NCBI GenBank assembly: GCA_951813565.1
Contig: OX638351.1
Location: 1,472,001-1,536,000 of the forward strand
Reading direction: 5' to 3'
Source of the DNA: an uncultured Poribacteria bacterium
GTDB lineage: Bacteria; Poribacteria; WGA-4E; WGA-3G
Length of the DNA stretch: 64,000 nt
The translations under genes were made by a program, and so were the position numbers. Shown here piece by piece: positions 50,336-60,669 of this stretch. The notes beneath the pieces were generated by a model. That model worked only from the letters and a program-made list of their open reading frames with translations, did not search any database and had not been told where the DNA came from. Positions within the stretch are counted from its first letter, which is position 1. The number at the start of each line of letters is the position of its first letter.

Positions 50336-52537
50336 ATGGTTGTGTCCTTAATTAGTATTATATTACTTTGCCCGCTTGCTGCCTTCGCGATTTTTGCGCT
50401 ATTCGGGTTAGCAAAACGGAGTTTCCCGCGGCAAGACCTTTTGTCGACTGCAGCAATGCTGGTTGCCCTCGTCTGCTCTTTCCTCCTTTTACGAGAAGTT
50501 GTCCCCAAGCCAGAACCACACACTGTTAATTGGATTTCGCTTGGTGATGTCACCTTCTCGATGGGTTTTTACCTTGACAGCGTTACCGTGATTATGTTGA
50601 TTGTTGTTACGCTGGTGAGTAGTCTTGTGCATATCTTCTCTATGGGATACATGCATGGTGATCTGAGGTATCCACGGTTTTTCGCCTACCTTTCACTTTT
50701 CTCCTTTTCAATGCTATTTTTGGTAGTGTCGGATAATCTTCTCGGTATCTATATCGGTTGGGAACTTGTCGGTCTCTGTTCCTATCTGCTTATCGGTTTT
50801 TGGTTTGAAAAGGACTCCGCTTCGAATGCGTGTAAGAAAGCGTTCCTGACGACACGTGTCGGTGATGTCGGCATGTTCATCGGCATGATGATGTTGTTTG
50901 CTGAATTCAGAACGCTCTCTCTTTATGGAGATAGTGGTATCTTTGAGGCAGTGAGAACGTTAGAATCAGGACAAATATTATGGCTTTCTATTGCTGGTAT
51001 TCTCATTTTTTGTGGTGCTATCGGAAAATCTGCACAGGTGCCGTTGCATACATGGCTGCCTGATGCGATGGAAGGTCCTACACCTGTCAGCGCGTTAATC
51101 CATGCTGCTACGATGGTTGCCGCAGGCGTGTATCTCACGGCTCGGATGTTCCCAATTTTAACACCGAGTTCGTCTCTGGCAATCGCATACATCGGTGGGA
51201 TTACCGCACTTGTCGCTGCAACTATCGCTATTGTCCGATTTGATATAAAGCGGGTTTTGGCATACTCTACAGTTAGCCAGTTGGGATATATGATGTTGGC
51301 AATTGGTGCTGGGAGTTATGTTGCGGGACTTTTTCACCTTACGACGCATGCATTTTTTAAAGCGTTATTATTTCTCGGTTCGGGTAGCGTTATTCATGCC
51401 TTCCACGCTATGCATGCCCACCATGACGATGAACACGCAAACGATGCGGAACATGAACACGATAACCACAGTTTAGTTCATGAACATGGCTCCGAAATCC
51501 CACCTGACCAAGATATGCGGAACATGGGAGGACTCCGCAGAAAAATGCCGCTGACCTTTATCACTATGCTCATCGCAACGTTATCTATCTCTGGCGTGCC
51601 GTTCCTCTTTTCAGGGTTTTGGAGTAAAGATGCGATTTTAGGCGGTGTGCTTGGACAGGCAATGACATCACATTCACCACATTACTACATTCTGTTTGGC
51701 ATGGCACTAATTGCGGCGGGTATCACGGCTTTTTACATGTTCCGTCTGATATTCATGACCTTTTTCGGTGAACCGCGCAATCAGGAAATGCACGACATGG
51801 CACACGAATCCCCATGGGTGATGGTGGTGCCGCTCGTTGTTTTGGCGATACTGAGTTTTCCTGTCGTGAATACAATCTGGTTTAACGAAGACTATATTAA
51901 AAAGCCAGACCAACCCCATATTCAGACGCCGCAACATGCACAGGTTTTACCCGACACCAAAACAGGCGATGCGAATTTTGGGATCGCATTCTTCGGGATT
52001 TCCGAAGCGCACGCAGCTGAAGAAGAGGGTGGAAAAAACACAGAAAATGCAGATGATGCACATCATATACACAAACTTGCACATAATATCGCAATGGTGT
52101 TGTCTATCTGTGTCGCAGGTTTAGGCATACTACTATCTTGGCTGTTTTACCATAAACGAAGGTTCTCTGCCGAATCTGTTGCAACAACTTTTCGTCCGGT
52201 CTACAACCTATTTTGGAACAAATACTATTTTGACGAATTTTATGATGGCGTCTTAGTTGCGCTAACGGTGTGGAAGTCTCGGCTTTTTGCCAAATTTGAC
52301 CTTTCTATCATTGATGGTATCGTTAACGGTGTTGCAACGATAACACGTCAAATATTCGCAGCATTCATCGGCTTTTTTGATAATCGTGTCGTTGATGGGG
52401 TTGTCAACCGGGTAGCAGAGGTTACGTGGGCAGCTGGCGGCAGAATCCGAAGAATTCAAACAGGAGCCATACAAACCTATCTCTTTGTCGTTCTTGGCGG
52501 GATAGTGTTAATAATTTTGATTTTCCGGGCATTGTAG
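50336..52537 (+). CDS. nuoL: NADH-quinone oxidoreductase subunit L
   Basis: GKSAQVPLHTWLPDAMEGPTPVSALIHAATMV, YSTVSQLG. Confidence 0.97.
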   Translation: MVVSLISIILLCPLAAFAIFALFGLAKRSFPRQDLLSTAAMLVALVCSFLLLREVVPKPEPHTVNWISLGDVTFSMGFYLDSVTVIMLIVVTLVSSLVHIFSMGYMHGDLRYPRFFAYLSLFSFSMLFLVVSDNLLGIYIGWELVGLCSYLLIGFWFEKDSASNACKKAFLTTRVGDVGMFIGMMMLFAEFRTLSLYGDSGIFEAVRTLESGQILWLSIAGILIFCGAIGKSAQVPLHTWLPDAMEGPTPVSALIHAATMVAAGVYLTARMFPILTPSSSLAIAYIGGITALVAATIAIVRFDIKRVLAYSTVSQLGYMMLAIGAGSYVAGLFHLTTHAFFKALLFLGSGSVIHAFHAMHAHHDDEHANDAEHEHDNHSLVHEHGSEIPPDQDMRNMGGLRRKMPLTFITMLIATLSISGVPFLFSGFWSKDAILGGVLGQAMTSHSPHYYILFGMALIAAGITAFYMFRLIFMTFFGEPRNQEMHDMAHESPWVMVVPLVVLAILSFPVVNTIWFNEDYIKKPDQPHIQTPQHAQVLPDTKTGDANFGIAFFGISEAHAAEEEGGKNTENADDAHHIHKLAHNIAMVLSICVAGLGILLSWLFYHKRRFSAESVATTFRPVYNLFWNKYYFDEFYDGVLVALTVWKSRLFAKFDLSIIDGIVNGVATITRQIFAAFIGFFDNRVVDGVVNRVAEVTWAAGGRIRRIQTGAIQTYLFVVLGGIVLIILIFRAL

Positions 52538-52586
52538 TTGAAATACATAAAATACTGCCTGATGGGATAAGGAGGATTCCCACTAA

Positions 52587-54113
52587 ATGTTATTGTCTCT
52601 AATGATTTTTGTCCCATTGCTTGGGATGATCGTTGTTTTACTTCTACCGAGGGAGTCGGAAGAATTAATAAAACGCGTTGCGCTTGTATTTACGCTTATC
52701 CCGTTACTACTTGCAGTGTACTTATTCATAACCCACAACCAACCGGAACTTGCAAGGCTCTGGAAACAAGATGTTCCTTGGATTGAGACATTCAATATCC
52801 AGTATCATGTCGGTATTGATGGCTTAAGCGCAATACTGATACTCCTCACAGCCCTTTTGGGACCAATCTGTGTGCTTGCCTCTTGGCGCAATATTGAGAA
52901 GGGCATTAAGGCATATATGGCGTTGTTCCTGTTGCTTGAAACAGGGATGCTAGGCTTTTTCGCTGCGCTGGATCTGTTCCTGTTCTTTGTCTTCTTTGAA
53001 CTGACACTGCTACCGATGTATTTCCTGATCGGTGTGTGGGGCGGACCACGCCGAGAATATGCTGCTATCAAATTCTTTCTCTATACGCTCTTCGGCAGTG
53101 TACTGATGCTGGTAGCAATCATAGCAGTGTATCTCAACAGTGGAGTACCAGGTGATCGAACATTTGATATTCCGACACTTATCACACTTGCTGGGACACA
53201 AGGACATGCTCTTGCCGATCCAGTCTTCCAACGTTGGATTTTCGCTGGGTTCTTTATCGGATTTGCCGTAAAAGTGCCGATTTTCCCCTTCCATACTTGG
53301 CTCCCGGATGCACACGTTGAAGCACCGACAGCAATTAGCGTAATCCTTGCAGGTGTCCTTTTAAAAATGGGAACTTACGGACTGGTGCGGATTAACATGG
53401 ATATGTTACCAGAGGGCATGGCGTTCTTCACTAATGGAGTCGGTTTTGTAGGGAACAGTCTTGCACTGCTTGGCTTTATTAATATTGTTTACGGATCCTT
53501 CTGTGCGTTAGCGCAAACCGATTTTAAGAAGTTGGTCGCCTATTCCAGTATCGGACACATGGGGTTTGTTATTTTGGGGCTTGCCGCAGGAAATGAAGTC
53601 GGTGTCACTGGGGCAATTCTCCAGATGTTTAATCACGGTGTCATTAGTGCGATGCTCTTCCTACTTGTTGGTGTCCTTTACGACCGTGCACACCATCGTG
53701 AAATTAACGGGTTTGGTGGTTTAGGAAATAGAATGCCAGTCTATATGGGTATCACAACGCTTGCGTTTATGGCATCTTTGGGATTGCCTGGCTTAAGCGG
53801 ATTTATTGGTGAAGCGTTTTCCCTGCTTGGTGCTTATGAGAGATTCCAAGTATTGACTATTCTATCAACAATCGGCATTGTGGTAGGTGCGGCATACTTC
53901 CTCTGGACACTTCAACGTGTTTTCTTGGGAACACTCAACCCTAAATACGAAGCGCTTCCTGAGATAAACGGACGTGAAATCTTGACTTTAGTACCGCTCG
54001 GAATCTTAACCATTGTCCTCGGTATTTGGCCCCACTTTGCAATTGAAATGTTCAGCGAATCCGTTACCGAACTCACTACTAAAATAATGAGCACACTTCA
54101 GGCGAGTCTTTAG
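52587..54113 (+). CDS. nuoM: NADH-quinone oxidoreductase subunit M
   Basis: PFHTWLPDAHVEAP, LLKMGTYG, AYSSIGHMG. Confidence 0.97.
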   Translation: MLLSLMIFVPLLGMIVVLLLPRESEELIKRVALVFTLIPLLLAVYLFITHNQPELARLWKQDVPWIETFNIQYHVGIDGLSAILILLTALLGPICVLASWRNIEKGIKAYMALFLLLETGMLGFFAALDLFLFFVFFELTLLPMYFLIGVWGGPRREYAAIKFFLYTLFGSVLMLVAIIAVYLNSGVPGDRTFDIPTLITLAGTQGHALADPVFQRWIFAGFFIGFAVKVPIFPFHTWLPDAHVEAPTAISVILAGVLLKMGTYGLVRINMDMLPEGMAFFTNGVGFVGNSLALLGFINIVYGSFCALAQTDFKKLVAYSSIGHMGFVILGLAAGNEVGVTGAILQMFNHGVISAMLFLLVGVLYDRAHHREINGFGGLGNRMPVYMGITTLAFMASLGLPGLSGFIGEAFSLLGAYERFQVLTILSTIGIVVGAAYFLWTLQRVFLGTLNPKYEALPEINGREILTLVPLGILTIVLGIWPHFAIEMFSESVTELTTKIMSTLQASL

Positions 54114-54122
54114 GAGGAAGGT

Positions 54123-55619
54123 GTGGATTACTTAGAAAATATTGAAAGCCTTGCCTATTTCAGTCCAGAGATACTCCTTGTCGTCTTCGCAGCTGCTGTC
54201 ATTATTCTTGATTTATTTGTTAAAAATCGGGAAAGTGATAAGGTTGCATATCTTGCGCTTGTGGGACTCGGATGTTCTTTAATTGCTATTCTTATCACGA
54301 ATTCCATTCTCGGCACTAACGAATCAAAAAACCTTTTTTGGGGTATGATTCGGTTGGATGGGTTTGCCGTATTTTTCAAAATTCTTCTGTTACTGGCAAC
54401 CGCCGCAACGATTCTTTTCTCCCTCCGTTCCGAGGAACTTGATGCAAGATTGAAAGGCGAATACTATGCCTTGTTATTAGCCGTTACCTTCGGAATGTTT
54501 CTTATGGCATCGTCAACAAATTTGTTGATGATTTTCATTTCGTTAGAAACGGTCAGCCTTACCTCCTACATTCTCGCTGGGTTTTTGACGCATAGCCCAC
54601 GTTCAAGCGAAGCAGCGTTCAAATACATCACTTATGGTGCCGTAGCATCTGGAACGATGCTGTTTGGTTTAACCTTCATTTTCGGCATGACGGGAACAGG
54701 TGACCTTACCACAATTGGTCAGCAGCTTCCAGCGGTCCTTGCTTCAGGTGAAGTAACTGCACTCGGCGTACTGATTGCGATAACTTTCATTCTCGCGGGT
54801 ATAGGTTATAAAATTGCTTCAGTCCCCTTCCACATGTGGTCACCAGATGTTTACGAAGGTGCGCCTATTCCGATTACTGCGTTCCTATCTGTCGCCTCAA
54901 AAGCCGCGGGATTCGCTCTGTTCCTTAGGTTTTTCTTCTCAGGATTTGGCAATTCAGAAGTTATGCAATCTATTGACTTAGGATTGTTATTAGCGATAGT
55001 TTCCGCACTCACAATGACTATCGGAAACCTCGCCGCCCTACCACAGCGTAACGTCAAACGTCTATTGGCATATTCAAGTATTGCCCATGGCGGTTACTTG
55101 TTGATGGGTGCTGTCTTGCTGACTAATGGGGATACTGCCCTTGTCAACAAGGGAATTAGTGCGATCCTCTTTTATCTTATCATCTACCTTTTTATGAACC
55201 TCGGAGCCTTTTATATTGTTGTTCTGGTTGCTAATGAATCGGGTAGTGAAATGATTGAAGGCTACCGTGGACTCTCGTCTCGATCGCCCTTAGTCGCAGG
55301 TGCGATGGCAATTTTCCTCTTCTCGCTAACAGGGATTCCACCTCTTGCCGGTTTCTTTGGGAAATGGGTGCTGTTTACCGCGGTTATTGAAGGAAATTTA
55401 TATTGGCTTGCGTTTGTTGGATTGTTAAACAGTGTCGTTTCTCTCTACTACTACGCTCGTATTGTCAAGGCGATGTATCTTGAATCTGCTGAGGATACGG
55501 AGCGTGTTTCCTTTTCTAAAGACACCTTTGTCTTGTTGAGTGTCTTTGTTATCCCAACAATTCTCATCGGATTTTTGAATATTTTCTACTCCCTCTCAGA
55601 AAAGATTACACTACAATAA
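54123..55619 (+). CDS. nuoN: NADH-quinone oxidoreductase subunit N
   Basis: KIASVPFHMWSPDVYEGAP, RLLAYSSIAH, GIPPLAGFFGK. Confidence 0.97.
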   Translation: MDYLENIESLAYFSPEILLVVFAAAVIILDLFVKNRESDKVAYLALVGLGCSLIAILITNSILGTNESKNLFWGMIRLDGFAVFFKILLLLATAATILFSLRSEELDARLKGEYYALLLAVTFGMFLMASSTNLLMIFISLETVSLTSYILAGFLTHSPRSSEAAFKYITYGAVASGTMLFGLTFIFGMTGTGDLTTIGQQLPAVLASGEVTALGVLIAITFILAGIGYKIASVPFHMWSPDVYEGAPIPITAFLSVASKAAGFALFLRFFFSGFGNSEVMQSIDLGLLLAIVSALTMTIGNLAALPQRNVKRLLAYSSIAHGGYLLMGAVLLTNGDTALVNKGISAILFYLIIYLFMNLGAFYIVVLVANESGSEMIEGYRGLSSRSPLVAGAMAIFLFSLTGIPPLAGFFGKWVLFTAVIEGNLYWLAFVGLLNSVVSLYYYARIVKAMYLESAEDTERVSFSKDTFVLLSVFVIPTILIGFLNIFYSLSEKITLQ

Positions 55620-55630
55620 CATATAGCAGC

Positions 55631-55862
55631 GGGTATGTAAAGTTTTGTCATTAACCGTTGCTTTTTCTCGTTGGAGGGGTTTTCAACCCCACTGAATGCC
55701 ATACGCGCATTCAGTGTTGATTTGGATTCTCAATTGCCACAAGCCTGTTGGGCATTGACTTGGGTCTCTTCTGTAGGAGCGACCTCCTGGTCGCGACCAG
55801 GAGGTCGCTCCTGCAGAATCCGCGTAATCCGTAACAAACAAGTGACAAAAACTTTACACACC
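55631..55862. mobile_element. MITE with ~21-bp TIRs and 10-bp target-site duplication, carrying REPs
   Basis: ATATAGCAGC|gggtatgtaaagttttgtca...tgacaaaaactttacacacc|ATATAGCAGC. Confidence 0.8.
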
Positions 55863-55879
55863 ATATAGCAGCAAATAGA

Positions 55880-55908
55880 TTGACAAACAGCGTCTATTTG
55901 GATATACT
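55880..55908 (+). promoter_or_regulatory. Sigma70 promoter upstream of tRNA-Gln
   Basis: TTGACA-17 bp-TATACT. Confidence 0.7.
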
Positions 55909-55923
55909 TAACACTAAGGTCAA

Positions 55924-55994
55924 TGCCCGGTCGTCTAATGGTAGGACGCATGGCTCTGGACCATGTAGTGAAGGTTCGAGTCCTTCCCGGGCAG
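55924..55994 (+). tRNA. tRNA-Gln(CTG)
   Basis: Acceptor tgcccgg/ccgggca; anticodon arm catgg-ctCTGga-ccatg; T arm gaagg-ttcgagt-ccttc; CCA not encoded. Confidence 0.95.
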
Positions 55995-56052
55995 TCATTT
56001 ACTGACAGAACAACTATTTACTTACGTAGTGTTACAACCAGAAAGGAAACAA

Positions 56053-56487
56053 ATGGAACGGGTAGAAACTTCTCCAGATGAGTATATTGCAAACCAAGAA
56101 CCAGAAATTAGGACGGTTTTAGAGGAACTTCACACGCTGATTAGAACCGCCTTGCCAGATCAAGACTACTGTATGTGGAAAGGTGTTTTTTGGGGTGGGA
56201 GTGAACAGCAAATCATCGGCTACGGCAATTTTTCTTACGTGCGTTCTGATAAGAAGCAAGTTGAATGGTTTCTTGTTGGGTTGGCACGACAGAAGAATTA
56301 CTTCAGCGTGTATGTGAATGCAGTTGAAGGGAAACAATACTTAGCTGAAATCTACAACTCCCGACTCGGTAAAGTTAAGACCGGCAAAAGTAGCGTCAGT
56401 TTTCGGAACTTGGAAGATGTTAATCTTGATGTGTTACGTGAGATGATTGAACACGCAGGAAGAATAACAACTGAAAGCGAATCGTAG
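56053..56487 (+). CDS. DUF1801 (YdhG-like) protein
   Basis: IIGYGNFSY..WFLVGLARQKNYFSVY..LGKVKTGKS. Confidence 0.8.
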   Translation: MERVETSPDEYIANQEPEIRTVLEELHTLIRTALPDQDYCMWKGVFWGGSEQQIIGYGNFSYVRSDKKQVEWFLVGLARQKNYFSVYVNAVEGKQYLAEIYNSRLGKVKTGKSSVSFRNLEDVNLDVLREMIEHAGRITTESES

Positions 56488-56533
56488 ACATCAAGCAGTG
56501 AAACAGCACTTTTGAAGAAACCCAATATCATAA

Positions 56534-56605
56534 GCCGCTATCGTCTAGGGGTCAGGACGGATGGTTCTCAGCCATCAAACCGGGGTTCGAATCCCCGTAG
56601 CGGTA
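56534..56605 (+). tRNA. tRNA-Glu(CTC)
   Basis: Acceptor gccgcta/tagcggt; anticodon arm gatgg-ttCTCag-ccatc; T arm cgggg-ttcgaat-ccccg; CCA not encoded. Confidence 0.95.
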
Positions 56606-56700
56606 TTTCTATCCATAAGGGCGGGAGTAAATTACCTGCCCTTTGTCTTAACGCGTCAATCCTTCTTAACTTGTACTCCCACACATTGGAGAATGCACAC

Positions 56701-58764
56701 ATGCAAGATACCTCTGAACACACCAACCGCCTCATCCATGAAACAAGCCCTTATCTACTCCAACACGCACACAACCCTGTTGATTGGTATCCGTGGGGTG
56801 AAGAAGCGTTGGAACTTGCCAAACGCGAACAGAAACCTATTTTGTTGAGCATCGGTTACTCTGCCTGTCACTGGTGTCACGTGATGGAACGCGAGTCCTT
56901 TGAAAATGAGGAGATCGCAGCGGTCATGAACAAACTGTTCGTAAACATCAAGGTAGACAGAGAGGAACGCCCCGATTTAGATGAAATCTACATGAACGCT
57001 GTCCAAGTTATGACTCGCCACGGCGGTTGGCCAATGACTGTTTTCCTTACCCCAGATCTGAAACCTTTTTACGGTGGCACCTACTATCCGCCTGAAGATC
57101 GATACGGCAGACCTGGGTTTCCAAAAGTGATGAGCGCCGTTGCAGAAGCATTCAGTGAAAAGAACGCACAAGTGCTGGAACAAGCAGATCAAATCACGAC
57201 GCAGCTCAATCAGATGAGCAATCTTGTGGATCCTCATGAGCATGAACTTACTGAAGAACTGATGAACAAAGCCTTCCAACATTACCGTTCCCAATTCGAT
57301 TCGCAATACGGTGGATTTGGTAATGCTCCCAAATTTCCACCCAGCATGGGACTTCCCTTTCTGCTACGTTATTGGCATCACAGTGGTAATGCGAATGCCT
57401 TAGAGATGGTCCAACTCACTTTGCAGAAGATGGCACGCGGCGGTATGTATGACCAACTCGGCGGCGGTTTCCATCGATACTCCACTGATGCTCACTGGCT
57501 TGTCCCACACTTTGAAAAGATGCTTTATGATAATGCCCAACTTGTTGTCGCTTATTTTGAAGCATACCAAGCCACGCAAAATACTTTCTATCGGAACATA
57601 GCCATTGAGACGTTAGATTATGTGCTGCGCGAGATGTATGACGTTGAAAATGGTGGTTTTTATTCTACACAAGATGCGGATAGTGAAGGGGTAGAGGGTA
57701 AATTTTTCGTCTGGGAGCCTTCCGATGTGGAAGATATCATCGGTGAAGAAAACGCTGAAATTTTTTGCGAGTATTATGACATCACACCGCACGGCAATTT
57801 TGAAGGTGAGAACATTCTACATGTCCAAACACCACCGGACATCTTTGCACGAAAATTAGGAATGGATCAAGATGAATTGGAATCGCTTCTGGCAGACAGC
57901 AGACAGAAATTGTTTATAGAACGAGAAAAACGGATCAAACCCGGTCTTGATGATAAAATCCTAACCAGTTGGAATGGCATCATGATACGCGGTATGGCGA
58001 TGGGATACCAATTGACTGGAAATCCTGAATATCTTATCGCCTGCGAAAAATCTGCCGAGTTTGTTTTAACGACACTCTCCCAAGATGATGGGCTTTTGTT
58101 GCGTACCTACCGTGCTGGTAAAAGCCATCTCAACGCTTATCTTGAAGACTATTCCTATTTCATAGCAGGTTTAATCGCGCTTTATGAAGCGAGTTTTGAA
58201 CCGAGATGGCTCACTGAGGCTGAACGTCTTGCACATATCATGATTGAGCAGTTTGGAGATGAGTCTGGGGATGGATTTTTCTTTACAGGGAAAGCACATG
58301 AATCGCTCATCGTGCAATCCAAATCCGCTTATGACGGTGCTACACCTGCTGGGGCATCTATGGCAATCCACAGTCTGTTGCGACTCGCGAAACATCTGGA
58401 CAAACCGGAATTTCACGACACAGCGGTAAAGACGTTGAAACTCTATTTCCATCAGATGGATGTGATGCCTTCAGGTTCAGGTCAGCTGCTCTGTGAGTTA
58501 GCATTTCTGTTGTCAACGCCGAAAGAAATTGCTATAATTGGCAAAAAAGCGGATACAAAAACGGAAGCGATGTTAGCGGTGTTGCACGGGATGTATCTGC
58601 CCAACAAAATCGTTGCTTTAAGTGAACCGACTAAGGAAACAACGTTACCACTTCTGGCAAACAAACCGCAGATGGATAACAGTGCTACGGTGTATGTCTG
58701 TGAAAATTATGTTTGCCAAGCTCCTACAACTGAGGTTGAGGCATTTGTAGAAATGCTTCAGTAA
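56701..58764 (+). CDS. Thioredoxin domain-containing protein (YyaL/SSP411, DUF255)
   Basis: [40 protein letters not shown]. Confidence 0.93.
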   Translation: MQDTSEHTNRLIHETSPYLLQHAHNPVDWYPWGEEALELAKREQKPILLSIGYSACHWCHVMERESFENEEIAAVMNKLFVNIKVDREERPDLDEIYMNAVQVMTRHGGWPMTVFLTPDLKPFYGGTYYPPEDRYGRPGFPKVMSAVAEAFSEKNAQVLEQADQITTQLNQMSNLVDPHEHELTEELMNKAFQHYRSQFDSQYGGFGNAPKFPPSMGLPFLLRYWHHSGNANALEMVQLTLQKMARGGMYDQLGGGFHRYSTDAHWLVPHFEKMLYDNAQLVVAYFEAYQATQNTFYRNIAIETLDYVLREMYDVENGGFYSTQDADSEGVEGKFFVWEPSDVEDIIGEENAEIFCEYYDITPHGNFEGENILHVQTPPDIFARKLGMDQDELESLLADSRQKLFIEREKRIKPGLDDKILTSWNGIMIRGMAMGYQLTGNPEYLIACEKSAEFVLTTLSQDDGLLLRTYRAGKSHLNAYLEDYSYFIAGLIALYEASFEPRWLTEAERLAHIMIEQFGDESGDGFFFTGKAHESLIVQSKSAYDGATPAGASMAIHSLLRLAKHLDKPEFHDTAVKTLKLYFHQMDVMPSGSGQLLCELAFLLSTPKEIAIIGKKADTKTEAMLAVLHGMYLPNKIVALSEPTKETTLPLLANKPQMDNSATVYVCENYVCQAPTTEVEAFVEMLQ

Positions 58765-59270
58765 TGTACCTGCAAAAATGTTGTGGAATATTTTGATAAA
58801 ACCTTGAATTGATAGAGGCATTCATCCAAATTACCTCGCAATTAACCAATTCTATTCTCAATCCTAATTTACAACATCTATGTATTAGCATAGCCTGAGA
58901 TTCAGACAATAAAATTCGCTTTCTTGAAATAAATTTGACATATCACATTTAGCAATATACAATTAAACATTGTAATAATTATTTCGAAGGTGAGAAATTA
59001 TTTAGCAACTAAAGACAAAAGTGCCCATGCAGATTTCTTTTTTAAAGTGGAATTTATCGCCAAATAAACCTATGAGTATTCAAGGTTGCAATTTTAATAC
59101 ATCTTCGGTAAAATATAATCATAAACATTCAAGGTAAATTGGCAATTATGGTTTTATACCTAACTTCCGCGATTTGCAAGTGCAATTATTAACTTGGAAC
59201 GCTTTTTCCAAGTTTCTATAAAAGCGAAGATTTCTGGCGATGGTACGATGATAATTGTGGAGGTAACAAT

Positions 59271-60665
59271 ATGAGTCTTACAGTACATTTAAAAAACATC
59301 GGAATTTTAAAACAGGCAGATTTTTCGTTGGGTGATTTGACTATCATTTGTGGTGAAAATAACACTGGCAAAACTTACGCAACCTACGCTCTGTACGGTT
59401 TCTTAGAGTCTTGGCGTAAATTTATTGATATTCCGATTGACGATGATCAGATCCACAATTTACTGAAAGATGGTGCCCTTAAGATTAATTTAACAGAATA
59501 TGTCAAAATAGCAAATCAGATGCTTGTAGAGGCATGCCAAAGGTACCCTGAGCAATTGGATAAAATTTTTGCAGCCTCTGAAGGCACGTTTCACAACAGT
59601 GAATTTCGCATTGAGCCAAGTACAATTCACTTGCAAGATCACGGATTCAAGGGCGAAGTAGGGGTCAATCAAGAACCGTTTGTTATCTACTCAATGGAAA
59701 AAGAGAGTGAAGAACTAATATTCACTTTAGCAGTTGATGGAAAGAGAGAAAGGAGAATTGACTCTATTTTTGCAAAGGATACCATGAGTTTTATAATTGG
59801 TGGTGCGGTTTTCTCTAACTCTTTTCCGAGAGCTTTTATTTTCTCAGCCGAGAGGACCGGAGTCGCTATTTTTCGCAAGGAACTCAATTTTGCTCGGAAC
59901 CGATTATTTGAGGAAATGGGACGAGTAGATGAAAAAATAGATCCGCGAGAATTGCTATTCAAAGCGTACCAAAGTTACCCTGAACCAGTAGAAGACAACG
60001 TCAACTTTACCCGCCAACTTGAAGATATTGGGAAAAGAAAAAGTTTCATCGCTAAAGAGTTCCCTGAAATCTTGGAAGACTTTGCGGACATTATTGGGGG
60101 CGAATATGTCATTACACAAAACGACCAGCTCTATTATATTCCCAAAGGCACGCGTTCAAAACTGACAATGGTTGAAAGCTCAAGCTCTGCACGCGCCCTC
60201 TTAGATCTCAGTTTTTATCTCAATTGTATTGCGGAGAAAGGCGACCTACTGATGGTAGATGAACCCGAATTAAGTCTGCACCCCGAAAACCAACGCCGCA
60301 TCGCCAGACTTTTCGCACGGCTCGTAAATTTGGGCGTTAAAGTCTTCATCACAACCCATAGTGATTACATTGTCAAAGAACTGAATACACTTATCATGCT
60401 TAACCACGACAAACCGCATCTAAAAGCAATTGTCGAAGAAAACGGCTATCAGGAAAATGAGTTAATAAAGGCAAAACAGGTTAAAGTGTACGTGGCAGAA
60501 AAAGCGTTAATGCCGTTAGAAGAAGGGCAGAAAAGACGAAAAAAGGGACACACACTCGTGCCAGCTAAGATTCATCCAAAGTTCGGCATTGAAGTCACCA
60601 GTTTTGACAATACGATTGACGATATGAACAGGATTCAGGACGAAATTGTGTGGGGAGAAGAGTAA
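59271..60665 (+). CDS. ABC-type (AAA_15/AAA_21-like) ATPase
   Basis: GENNTGKT, AER, SSSA signature, VDEPELSLHP, TTHSDY. Confidence 0.88.
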   Translation: MSLTVHLKNIGILKQADFSLGDLTIICGENNTGKTYATYALYGFLESWRKFIDIPIDDDQIHNLLKDGALKINLTEYVKIANQMLVEACQRYPEQLDKIFAASEGTFHNSEFRIEPSTIHLQDHGFKGEVGVNQEPFVIYSMEKESEELIFTLAVDGKRERRIDSIFAKDTMSFIIGGAVFSNSFPRAFIFSAERTGVAIFRKELNFARNRLFEEMGRVDEKIDPRELLFKAYQSYPEPVEDNVNFTRQLEDIGKRKSFIAKEFPEILEDFADIIGGEYVITQNDQLYYIPKGTRSKLTMVESSSSARALLDLSFYLNCIAEKGDLLMVDEPELSLHPENQRRIARLFARLVNLGVKVFITTHSDYIVKELNTLIMLNHDKPHLKAIVEENGYQENELIKAKQVKVYVAEKALMPLEEGQKRRKKGHTLVPAKIHPKFGIEVTSFDNTIDDMNRIQDEIVWGEE

Positions 60666-60669
60666 CTTC

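Noticed and set aside
56512..56700. N-terminal extension of the DUF255 protein
   Set aside because: Overlaps tRNA-Glu; family similarity starts near the ATG at 56701
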